A stretch of DNA of 64,000 nt from Tubulanus polymorphus (taxonomy: Eukaryota > Animalia > Nemertea). The position numbers and the translations under genes were made by a program. Below the pieces are notes generated by a model that was not told the origin of the DNA, ran no database searches, and was given only the letters and a program-made list of their open reading frames with translations. Shown in pieces: positions 52,391 to 64,000 of this stretch (its first letter is position 1; each line of letters starts with the position of its first letter). The stretch lies in contig NC_134033.1 in NCBI RefSeq assembly GCF_964204645.1, positions 11,664,655 to 11,728,654 of the forward strand, in the 5' to 3' direction.

Positions 52391-54623
52391 ACCCGTTACG
52401 TAATTTACTTATTTTATAGACCATTGGATGAAGGCGAAATGACAGGAAATTGCAAGATGGGAGAAATTCAAATGTAGCTGACACGATTCTGTAAAGGCTT
52501 GTTCAAAATAGATAACAGTAGTACGTCCGATCATAAACATTACATAAAACTTACCGAACGTCGGAATGAACTCATATCTGAAACCAGATTTTTGGACATT
52601 CTCGTTCGAATAAAACGCTAAGGACTCGCAGTCGCATACATGTATGATTCGATATTCGGTCCGGTATGTCCGCGATGTTATGCCCATTCGCATTAGGTTT
52701 TTTACCTTTGAGGTATATCATTTGAATGATATCTGAACATGTACATGCATAATAAGATCATTGATTATTCCTATCCTTAGATTTTGGGCAGATTGTTTTG
52801 ATTTGTCCCTGGGACTTGGTTTTATTGATGTGGAAACAAAATAGTCCCTTGGAACATTCTGACATTTATCAGTTTTAACCATGGTTCCTCATTGCATTGT
52901 AGAGGAATTCAATATTTGCCCACCTAAAATCGCGTCCGATGAACTCAACAGTATTAAAACCTGATACTCGTACCAACAATTAAAACCATTTTCGGTAGAG
53001 ACAAGTGTAGTAAAAATGAAAAAATAACACCCATATACTGAAATGCACGCAAAGAAAACAGCGCCGAATCTCGGAATGACAATACACGCGCTGCAGTTTA
53101 AGTGCCATAGGAAAAAAACTAGGCAAGATATCTTAAAGTTTTAAAGTTCACCTGAAAGGGGGCGTTTATGCGCACAGTTGAAATGTTTGGATTTTTTAGA
53201 AAATTATTTCTGAAAATAACGAACTTCAAAGTTCAGTACCCTGGATTTCTATGCGCACGGCAAAAACTGACCACCGATTTTTATATCGATCTCATGTCGC
53301 ATTGCTGCAAATTCTAAAAATGATTTTTACATAACTGAATACTAGAGATTCACGCGGTTTGAATGTTGCTGAAACTGTCAAAATCCATCCACGGACAGAT
53401 GAACTATGATACAACACACATCACGGATAGTTTTTAAAAAAGAGAAAAAAAATGACCCAACAATACGGGACGAAAGTACCCTTACAAAATGGCGGCTAGC
53501 AACTGTAAAATGGTTTATTAAGATCAGTTAGATAAACACATAGAAATCATCATGTCAAGTGAAAAAGCCGCCATTTGCTGTCCGCCATCGGTGCACCTCC
53601 ATTTTTAACTATCTCCCGTAAATAAACGCTGATTTCGTTGTGAGATATTTGTCGTTTAGTGGTGGTTCTAAGTACGCAGGAAGCGGAACGACTTCTAGTT
53701 TTTATTAGATTAGAATATTCTGAAATGCTGTCCATTGAAGTGGAGGGGTAATTTTCAGATTGACGATTAGTTGCCACCTTTGTTTTTTTATTACAGGGAT
53801 ACTGTCCTCTACCATCGGTGTAAGTTACCAATTTGGCAATCCATGGAAGCCCGTATCGACAGTGGCCTGACATCCGGGCCAATTAAATTCAATTGAGTGT
53901 GTTTTGATTTACTACTTATTGTTATCGTTGATCGATTGTCAACTTAAGAAGGTTTCAGGTTCGAATTCCTGATTTTTTCAAATCCCAATGTCATACAGAA
54001 AGCAGAAAACCCGTTATCGCTGCTATTTCGCAGTTGTATTTTGTTGTTATGTTTCCACCACTGTCGGTCAAACAAACGAGATCGACTCTAAATCAATTTC
54101 TAATCCTCAAAAAATTTGGCACAATCTACAACTTCCTTGCAATTCCTTTTCAAGCAGCTAATACTCTCTCAGATGCAAAATGAAAAAACCTCCAACGACT
54201 CAAACTCCCATCTCTGCGATAACCCCAAACAATCGAAAACATGCGACAAACAACAATATTTCATTTAGCAGAAACAGAATTTTATTGGCGATTTGAACGA
54301 CTGGTACATAATTTTTTTAAACTTGCAGGATTCGAAATATAGTTTGACACTATCGGAATACAGCTGTTGTATATATGTGCGAAGGAAAAACTTCGAACGA
54401 AACAATGTTGGATATTTATTTCGATGAAACTTATTCCCGTGTTGAAGATTTCAATTTCCGACTTCGTGTCATCGACACTTACTAAATGAGAAATGAGATT
54501 CCTTTACAAGAAAAGCGAATAATATATACACTTCGTCTGGGATGATTCAGACAAATCGTTTAACTTTAGCCGATTGTTTGCGGATAGATTTGTTGGATTC
54601 CTTGAAGTGAGCAGCTCACCTGT

Positions 54624-57600
54624 TTACTCTAAGTCGACGTTTAAGGCGTATCGTCGATACTTGCGTGTCTTAGTTTTTGTCTTAAATTCTGTACCAGCCA
54701 CAAGATCGTATTGAGTGGCGTAATTTTTGTATCTGATATATTCGTAAGTCGTGAATCCTGGTGGTTTCACGTCGACTGATAGATCACAAGTTAAAACCTT
54801 CGAATTATTGACTGTTGTGAATATACCCAAGAAATCACCTTTCTTGACTGCAATGCGCTGATCTACCGGTACATCAACCTGTTAAAATGAGTAGATATAT
54901 GTGCTAAGATAAGGTCTATTTCAAACACATCGTGATCGTGAAGTCACGCATATTACTAATCAGGCTCAATTACTTCATTCACTGGATGTCTTTAAACCAA
55001 GTAAATACATAGACCTATATGATAGATATCATCAGTATATCCCGATTTTAATGATTGGTTCAAAAAACTGTCGTGTCAACGCATATTTAGGTGAAATGGA
55101 TTAGAATTAAAAAGAAAAAAACAAAATTACCGAAACGTTTCCTGTTTTCGCGCCGCTCAGAACCTGGAACCCGATAAGTTTGAAAGTGTGGCTACCGGTT
55201 TTTCTGAAAACTGCGCCATTCACATCCCTGCCGTTGCCGGTCGAATAGTAGTTCCAACGAATAATGGAGGAATCACACGGTATTTTGTAATCGAGAAGAA
55301 CTACTAATGAGTTCACGTGTTTCCAACTGCCTCTAGTCATGTTCTTTCCTCCAACTTTTACATTACACGTTGATGGTGGTGGTGTCGGTGCAGGTGTCGG
55401 TGCAGGTGTTGGTGGTGTGGTCGGTGACGATTTCGGTGTCGTAGCAGTTGCATCTATCCCTAAGCCAACGAAAAATACAGAATATAATTCAATTAGTCTG
55501 AGTGTGTTGCACTGACGTCACGGCCAGTGGCTAGAGCTGTATTGTATCATTAAATGTACTTCGTTTATCAGCTAATGCTTGTTGTCAAATACGGATAATG
55601 CGTAAAGCTCTACCCATAATAGACAATAGTCACACGATTGTAGATGACGGGTAGTTTGAATTAGATATCAAAATACATAAAGTGACTCATAATTCTATAT
55701 TAGGGCTGGGTACCAAACCTTTATATTCTGTCTATTTTCATGTCACTATAATAAATGAAAAATAAAAAATACATGCGTTTTAAATTCCCCACCCACCACT
55801 CTCTATAGTTAAGAAAAGATTTAGCAAAAATACATGACTTTGAAGGAAAAATCTCGTGGGCCAACGATGACTTTTATTTACCGAATTTGCAGAGTGGTCC
55901 GGCGAATGAATTGGTGCAGGCGCAATTTGCTTCTCCTAACTCGTTCTTGGAGCACGTTCCTCCATTCTGACATGGATTCGGGTCACACGGGTCACCGACT
56001 GAAATGAGAAATGCAGAACGCCATTTAAACTCAGAGACTCGCAATATGCGATTTACTATTAACAACATGCGATAAACAATATGCGATTTACGATTAACGA
56101 TATGCGATAAACAATATGCGTTTTACGATTAACAATATGCGATAAACAATATGCGATTTACGATTAACAATATGCGATATTTGAGACCCGACATCACTTA
56201 CCTATTTCACAGAGATCCCCTGAGAAATTAGGAGGGCAGTCACACACAGGTTTACCGTCAACAGAGTAACATTCACCACCGTTTGAACAGTTCGTATTGG
56301 TGCAAATATCTACAACAAAATGTGATTAATGTTAACAACTGGAGAAATGAACTTGAGATTACAATTGAGGAGATTTAAATAACGGTTCAACCTACCGCAA
56401 TCAGCAACCGGGATGCATCTCGACGCGGTGTAAATAAAACCGGCATCGCATTCACATCCGGCAGAGTTTGGTAAATCACAATTTGCCGCATCGACGGTTC
56501 GTTGTTTACATGTTGGTTGACAACCGGACATTTTTCTGTTAAAAGCACTGTTTGCGGGACAATTCGGCACTAAAATAAAATATATCAGCGCTACTATAAC
56601 ATTATACACGATTAAGTCTCTATGTTTCTTGTCTTTTAGTGGTTTTTATCTCTTTTGTTTTTTTAAAATTAATTCTATATGAGCTAAATGCCATTATGTA
56701 GTCTATGCCGGTATGTTCTGAGTTTAAAACAAATTTGTATTCAGATTCACGGGAGTATCGCGATTATATCGTGTATCTTTGAACACGTCGAGTGTAAATA
56801 ATGTTAAAGACGTTTCTATAGATTTGAAAATCGTGATTCAGCGGACCTACAAAGTGTACGGCATACTCTGCGTGACAGGCACATCAGACGGAACAATTTC
56901 TGGTATTAATGAATTCATGCAATCTTTCTTTCTATATCAGAAAACCTTTCTTCCATCGCTTAGTTATTTCTATTATCTATACATCACATAATTTCTCTTA
57001 CGGCACAAATTTGCCGTTCTCCACGTGGTCACTGTATGTCCAGCCTCTTCGCACGCGGTCTCTGCCTCAGAAAGCGACGAACAAATGGTTTCCATATCAC
57101 CTCTCATCGCAGCTCCGTCAAATACACAGTTGTCGAAAGTCGTGGTTATAGTGGTATCATTAGCACCGATACATTCACCGAATGGACCGTCAGCTTTATT
57201 CAACAGACCGCAGAAATTATCAGCACCGTATTTCGTCTTATCGGCTTCCGTTACTACGAATGGCTCACTTGAAACAGACGAAAATATCAACTTCAATCGA
57301 AAATATATGCGGCAACTTTACAAGATACTAGATCAGAATTAGTCGATACAAACGTGAAATCTAAGACAGTATGTACAAGGTGCGAAATGCAAGATGATCA
57401 AATAGAAATTTCCGTTAAGTAACCTGCGGCAAAATTCACATCCTAGGCGCGTGGGATTTGAATAATGATCGTAGACGTTGAGTGAACGTGGTTTCTTTTG
57501 CCCCTGATGTATTTTAACGTATTTGTTCTAGTTTTCGTTTGATACTTACGCTGGAGCTTGTCGCTTACGTCTTCCGGCCCTCGCAACACAGCTGTAAAAA

Positions 57601-60560
57601 GATCCAATATTTCAAAGAAACCGAGTATGGAACTTACTGATTTACTTCACCTAATCTGGAATCTACTGATTCTCTATTTCTCGGAAATGACATTGTATAC
57701 ATTTTTCATAAACCTACCTTCCCGGTACGACGCACTGGTTATCGATGCCAAGTAAGCAAGTCGCCGTCGCAGGATTGTCGTCAGCATAATTTCCATTACA
57801 ATTTCCACATAACCCGGTCAATCGACCGCCGAAATTGTTTGGACCTGATCTTCCACCGTATCTTACATAGAGTCTGTACCCGTAGACGTATTGCACTAAG
57901 ACTCCACAGTTTAACAACTGCACGCTATAGCTTCTATAACATTTCGTGATCTTTATTCCCGGGAGTGTGACGCAGCCGCATTGACGAACTCCGTTTATCT
58001 AAATGATGGAATTATTATATTACACCAGACTAGATGTACATTGAGAAAATTAAACTGGAAATACTGCAGCAAGTCTTTTAGTTGTCACGTAAATTTTAAG
58101 ATTTGACTCTAAAACACTGACAATTTGTCGATTTCTACTTTGAATAAAACCAAGAAAGAATTGAAGGATTGTTTGAGCTATTTTACTTGCAATCAAAAAG
58201 AAGCAAACTTTCATCAACAGATTTACATAAGACCGATTGCAGAATATATATCTTACCCACAGATATTGGTGATTGAACTCAAGTCTGTATCCGTTGTATT
58301 CAACAATCGCATATTTGACGTAAGCCACGCGATAATACGGAAGGTTCCGAGAAGATACACGATATTTGCAGGTTCCGTCTGCGTAACCGGCGTGCTCCGA
58401 CAAAATGTATGCACAAGAAGAGCCTTGGAAGTTGAATGGACGCCGATCCAACGATTTGTAATGAGGATCGCCGTAAACCGAACAGACACTATTGCACGGT
58501 CGTATAATAGGCACTGAAATAGGAATATTGTTTCATTTAGATTAGAAAGTGCTTTTAGGTTTATGAAACAATTTGACTGGGTATCAAAGTTCCTACCTCC
58601 AGCCTCGGAATAAGTAGAGTCCTTATTTATTTAGAAGTGAATAGTAGATAATCAGCCTTTTTAACTATTTAACTAACCTTCACAGCGGGCGCCTTGGAAT
58701 CCGGTTAAACACTGGCACACTGGTTGATTGTTGACCACTTGACAGATTGCATTGTTTTTGCACGGATTTGGACTGCACGGGTTCGCTGTAATTGTGGTGA
58801 TGTTTAAGATCAGTATTTGATAGTTTGATACGCGCTACTTGAAGGTGAACATAAAGTTGTACTTACCACAAATCGACGCGCAGGTACGAGACCTCCTATC
58901 AGTGGACACGGTACACTTTTGTCCAGGTGGACACGGATTCTTAACACATGGATCTGGTGGAACAGTCACTGGTTGCATCACCGCTGTCGAAAGAAAATGT
59001 TTTCGAAATTTGTTCAGGTGGTTTTAGTGCATCCATGGGATAAAATGGAAAGTGCACTATTTACAAAATATACATTAAAGTGAACGACAATTAAGTATCT
59101 TCAAAGTAGAAAAGTGACAATTTTGTTTGTCACTTATCATTCCACAACGAACACTACGTGATTTACAAAAAAATCTAAATCTGTCGTTACTATGACGTAG
59201 TCAAGAAAAGGGAAATAGTCCATCGAACGGTGGACAATCGTATTTGCGCGATGTGAGACTGAGGACCGCGCGCTGGTCCCATCTATCACTTAACCTTAAC
59301 GTGCGCGAGCGGCTGTTCAGGTAGCCGATCGGATACCTTGCGCCTTTGTCTGTTTCTCTCTACAGTTCTGCATCACATTAAGTAGACGTGTTTGAACATC
59401 CGTTCTTGCAAAAATCCATTATAGTCGTCGCATTTTACTCTGTTAGCCGACGAAATAAGGACCGCAATGTAGTCTTCGACTTGCTGTCATTTATAACAAC
59501 ATGAACCGTGATATTATGTGCGCACAGGCTCCTTTGTCTATTAACGTAGGCTCGTTAATATGGCGTAACCAAGAAAAACTTCAGGTTTCCAATATGCCAA
59601 TCGAGCACCTACCTTGAGTGCATGTCGTCCCGGTCCATTCACTGGTACATGTGCATTCAGGAACTCTCTGGCTATTCCATGCGCACGTACCCCCATTTTG
59701 ACAATAGTCTAAACAAGTTCCTACAAGAATAATTCAAATAGCCATTTTTACAATTAATCATGTTTGGATAATGGAACAGTAACGGATGAGACAATTCAAA
59801 TAGCTCCGCGGAGGTACGAAACAAGTTTATGATTTAAATGTCATATCTATTTGCGTTTTCTTGAAGCATCTATCAATATATTTTGCTTCAAGAAATTGCC
59901 TCTTCTTTTGGAAAATTTGGTAAAATCATTGATTGCCAACGAAATTAAGAATTTCCTTCTTCAATAAAACATACTGTACTCGCAAAGGGATCCTGTGTAA
60001 CCAGGAAAACATTCACAAGCGATTTGCTGGCCTTTTATGACTTCACATCCATTCTTACAACTCCCTTTGAAGTCGCAAATTGGTGATGCTACAAAATATA
60101 GATTTACATATCAGTGCATAGCTATATATCAATCACTAAATTCAACCATTTATCTTTTGTTATTGTCTGGCAAAATTCGATTGTGTATAAAATGTATACT
60201 AACCGCTCTTTGTGCCTGTCACAGCAAAGCACAGAACAATGAAAACGTAACCTGCAATAATAAAGATGTTTTTCAATAAGGCATTGCCGTGCTGGGATCC
60301 AAACCTAATTGCATCGAGATACGCGGCTCTAAAAGGCTGGCTTTTATGTCGATAAGCGACGGGACGCCTACCGACTCCTACCGACGCAACTGAGAGCAAC
60401 CGCGATCGCAGCCCAGCTTTTGTCGACTGCGCTCCGATTCCCAGTAGCTGAGGCCGACTAGCGGGATACGAGATCCTTCCAGTTGCTTCCCTGCTCATGT
60501 CGGTTACGGTTACTGGCAAATGTACCGGCTCAGATGGTCACGTTACTTACCTAACATCAT
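54624..60560 (-). CDS. Mucin/zonadhesin-like secreted protein, copy E (777 aa; 1 PTS heptad)
   Basis: 15 exons: 60560-60551, 60251-60204, 60088-59975, 59720-59613, 58983-58867, 58785-58678, 58513-58257, 57998-57718, 57591-57550, 57267-57002, 56569-56396, 56309-56202, 55998-55882, 55459-55131, 54878-54624; 2334 nt. Confidence 0.9.
56041..56178. repeat. Intronic minisatellite AACAATATGCGAT(TTACGATT) between the two post-TIL EGF exons; copy number varies among paralogs
   Basis: Longest in E; shorter at 45490-45590 (D) and 16451-16503 (A); about two units in B and C. Confidence 0.85.
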
Positions 60561-60624
60561 GCTGACCGATTCAGTCGTCTGTGGTTTTCATGCTATGAGC
60601 TTAGTGAAATATCAAATATTTGAT

Positions 60625-60636
60625 CATATTTAAAGG
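60625..60636 (-). promoter_or_regulatory. TATA-like motif CCTTTAAATATG upstream of exon 1, conserved in position in all five paralogs
   Basis: About 45-70 nt upstream of the ATG. Equivalents at ~21376 (A), ~30375 (B), ~41205 (C) and ~49988 (D), including the divergent copy A. Confidence 0.5.
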
Positions 60637-62494
60637 AATATTACTAATATTGGCCATGGTTATGCAGTAAACAGAGTATCCTCCAAATCTAATAAAATTC
60701 TCCAAAGTGTTCGAATAACAATGGATCTATCATCACAAGTACATGTTACTAGATCGAATATTTATTGATCTTATTTTACAATTGTAATTGGCAATCGTGA
60801 GTATCACTTCCATTGGATATTTGTTTTTCAACAGTAGGTTTCATTTCAGATTAAGTCTTCTATACGTTAATAATTTCATGCCTCGCAAATCTAAAAGACA
60901 TTGTATGCGAGGTAGAATAGCATGTTATTAGATATACAGTTGGAGACGTCTATAGTTGAAATATATTTATACAATGATTAAGTCTTTACAAACATAACGT
61001 CATTTTGCATGTGCTCGAATTTCTCCGGATAACAACGGAAAATGATAAAAAACGGCTTTTAGTTCACCATGATTTGCAGTAATAAAACTGGCAACTCGTT
61101 TTAAAAGTGCACAGTTCATCTCATAAGTAAGGTCTTTATTGCCGTTTAGTAAGAGGGAACATTTTGTCGGATTGTGTCAGTCTGTTTAACTTGCTAGTTC
61201 GCGGAAAAGACGAAGTTGGTCGATTTCTAATACATGGGATGGGTTACGGCACTGGAAGATAAAATGACGAGTAATGAGGTTTACGTCACAGTACGAACAA
61301 TGAGGACATACTTTGTTGCCAAAATCATGCATGGACATATGATGTTTCAGTAAGAAGTCTGCGCGAAGTCTGTTCAGGTTAACCTCATCATGAATTCCTG
61401 GTAGATACTGTACTTAAGATGAATTTGAAATGGCCTTTCACGTAATAGGATTGGAATTGTGACAGGGAAGAGAGATTTCTGATTTGACAATCAAGTTTAT
61501 TCCCAGTAAAATATGAAATTGCCCTATTGAATGTAAATCAGAATTCTCGTCTTTTAGAATTATTGTCGTGGATTTTGTCGATACGTGATTTCAATTTTAG
61601 TATACCAAAATACGACTGTACTATGATGAAGAGATCGTTCTAAAACAGCCATAACTTTTCGCTTAATTAGTTAACGAGAACTCATTAGTTTTAGGTTCCT
61701 CTTGTCTTTCAAAGTCGGTATTGCCGCAATGATAACACGTGACGCAGTCATTTCAACGCGATACAAATATAAACGAGTTTTTAGTTTTGCTGATTTGCAA
61801 CGACTGATTCATCGTTGGCTAAAGCTTAATCAATCGCTGATCTATCTTCGATGGCTGTAAGATTGACAAAATCTCATTCTTCCGTATATACATATATTCA
61901 TATCATGAAGCGAATTATCCAATAATACCCTCTTGCCGAAGTGATACGTATGTCGACCACTTGAAAATTGAAAATATTTTCGTTCCGATAAAGTCGGTAA
62001 TATTTAGTTAATCAAACAGCTGGATGTCTGAAAGGAGAAACTAATGAAATGAAAAATATTTCATCTGAACAAGATATTAATACTTCAATCGCTTGAATAT
62101 TGATATATGCGATATTATGAGGCGTATGTTATGAAAGTGAGTGTAAGTGAAAGCCATTCACTGGTGTTGATTGGAATTTCATTTTATTTGACAAGTCCCG
62201 ACAAATCATGTACGATACGAAATTGTGTACGGCTTCGAGATGGGTGTCTTTGCGAGGGGCTTCTATCTTGAGCACATCCGTATCCCCATGACACGATTCC
62301 ATTGAGTTGATACCGTCCGTTCACTTCACTAATTGAAAATGAATTTAATTAACTACTGTCCAAAACAATGAGCGGGGCTGATAGCCCACTGTGGGTCGAT
62401 CAAAGTGGCTCAACATCCTTGGAATCCGTTGTTTGTCAGACCAGCCATCCACGGCCAGCTTCCGGGACGAGCTTCTTGGCCACCGACAATTCTG

Positions 62495-62602
62495 GACCCT
62501 GTTCCACAGGTCTGAGTTAAATTTGACTCTATAGTTAAAACATTGAAGATGAACTAACTTTAACTCAGCGTTAACTCTAACTCACAACTGTGGGACCGAG
62601 TC
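62495..62602. mobile_element. 108-bp MITE with CTG target-site duplication
   Basis: CTG|GACCCTGTTCCACAG...CTGTGGGACCGAGTC|CTG. Removing it restores GGA TTC AGA ATT GTC GGT GGC (GFRIVGG) on the minus strand. Confidence 0.8.
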
Positions 62603-62800
62603 CTGAATCCGCCCAAACCATTTCCTGGTCGTTGTTGGTCTCATGGTTGATGTTGGTCTCATGGTTGTTGTTGATCTCATGGTTGTAGTCTTCGGTTTCC
62701 GCGTGGTCGATGTTAATCCCGGGGGTGACGGGGTCACTGTAGTGTGAATAATAACCATATTTTGAATAAGACTGTCTTATTTTCTTAAAAAAAGTATTTC

Positions 62801-63050
62801 AGGATAGGATAGGATAGGAAATTTCTATAGCGCCTTGTAAATAGCAGGGCTATTATCAAAGGCGCTCTCCAGACGAAGATGATGACTTGAACAGAAATGT
62901 CTTGAGCTGTGCTTTGAATGCTGGTAGAGAGTCAATATCACGGAGAGGTTGCGGAAGGGAGTTCCACACTATAGGTGCAGATGTCTCAAATGCACGTCCG
63001 CCGAATGACTTAAGACGACATGATCTGACTAACAGAAGGTTCTGCGACCC
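62801..63050 (-). mobile_element. Duplicated 3' end of the L2/CR1-type LINE
   Basis: Near-identical to 52146-52390. Confidence 0.85.
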
Positions 63051-64000
63051 GTTACGTAATTTACTTATTTTATAGGCCATTGGATGAAGGCGAAATGACA
63101 GGAAATTGCAAGATGGGAGAAATTCAAATGTAGCTGACACGATTCATTGTCAGAGATGTAAAGGCTTGTTCAAAATAGATAACAGTAGTACGTCCGATCA
63201 TAAACATTACATAAAACTTACCGAACGTCGGAATGAACTCATATCTGAAACCAGATTTTTGGACATTCTCGTTCGAATAAAACGCTAAGGACTCGCAGTC
63301 GCATACATGTATGATTCGATATTCGGTCCGGTATGTCCGCGATGTTATGCCCATTCGCATTAGGTTTTTACCTTTGAGGTATATCATTTGAATGATATCT
63401 GAACATGTACATACATAGTAAGATCATTGATTATTCATATCCATAGATTTTGGGCAGATTGTTTTGATTTGTCCCTAGGACTTGGTTTTATTGATGTGGA
63501 AACAAAATAGTCCCTTGGAACATTCTGACATTTATCAGTTATAACCATGGTTCCTCATTGCATTGCATAGGAATTCAATATTTGCCCACCTAAAATCGCG
63601 TCCGATGAACTCAACAGTATTAAAACCTGATACTCGTACCAACAATTAAAACCATTTTCCGTAGAGACAAGTGTAGTAAAAATGAAAAAATAACACCCAT
63701 ATACTGAAATGCACGCAAAGAAAACAGCGCCGAATCTCGGAATGACAATACACGCGCTGCAGTTTAAGTGCCATAGGAAAAAAACTAGGCAAGATATCTT
63801 AAAGTTTTAAAGTTCACCTGAAAGGGGGCGTTTATGCGCACAGTTGAAATGTTTGGATTTTTTAGAAAATTATTTCTGAAAATAACGAACTTCAAAGTTC
63901 AGTACCCTGGATTTCTATGCGCACGGCAAAAACTGACCACCGATTTTTATATCGATCTCATGTCGCATTGTTGCAAATTCTAAAAATGATTTTAACATAA

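Larger units (their letters stand above)
51540..52732 (-). pseudogene. Decayed CUB-like/Thr-rich linker/trypsin serine protease gene
   Basis: Exon 52732-52555 (..LAFYSNENVQKSGFRYEF; CUB-like end; +1 frameshift relative to the 63398 copy). Thr-rich exon from 52080 (TTTMRSTTTMRPTSTMRPTTT), then F[MITE]RIVGGQEARPGSWPWMAGL..QGC*ATLIDPQWAISPAHCF with an in-frame TGA. A deletion then leads into [20 protein letters not shown], so GDSGGP is missing. Confidence 0.88.
45300..53335. repeat. Left copy of a recent near-identical segmental duplication (partner about 55850-64000; offset ~10.6 kb)
   Basis: Introns, intergenic DNA, protease pseudogene, MITE and L2-like fragment all recur (e.g. 49941/60560, 52200/62856) with scattered substitutions and small indels. 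Confidence 0.92.
62190..63398 (-). pseudogene. Second copy of the decayed CUB-like/Thr-rich/trypsin gene
   Basis: Exon 63398-63222 is open (177 nt) and the Thr-rich exon from 62736 is in phase (VTPSPPGLTSTTRKPK..). It carries the same MITE, the same TGA in QGC*ATL and the same loss of GDSGGP as 51540-52732. Confidence 0.88.

Noticed and set aside
15463-60560. Assigning vertebrate gene symbols (ZAN, FCGBP, MUC2, TECTA)
   Set aside because: Only domains are shared; the single D assembly and distinct C-terminus do not support orthology.

Overview
This is AT-rich eukaryotic DNA with compact GT-AG introns, from an invertebrate animal; the species cannot be determined from the window. All well-supported genes are on the minus strand and encode secreted proteins, and I reconstructed them exon by exon with consistent splice phases. 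(1) A 3-exon, 148-aa, 10-cysteine secreted protein of no family I recognise (6455-7865). (2) A 9-exon, 471-aa CAP/SCP-EGF-4xShKT protein (8800-13395). (3) A tandem array of five apparently intact mucin/zonadhesin-like paralogs, A-E (15463-60560). Their architecture is signal peptide, EGFs, VWD with GDPH, a 42-nt RRKR microexon, C8, TIL, 2 EGF, a variable 7-aa PTS repeat, and a basic C-terminal domain I cannot name. Upstream of every copy lie decaying remnants of a CUB-like/Thr-rich/trypsin gene, so the duplicated unit appears to have been mucin-like gene plus protease gene. The paralogs differ in PTS length and chemistry, in EGF exon number and in patchwork sequence ancestry. The array probably continues beyond the right edge. 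Repeats include LINE fragments, MITEs, a probable tRNA-derived SINE, and micro- and minisatellites. Exon coordinates were read by hand and no database searches were run.
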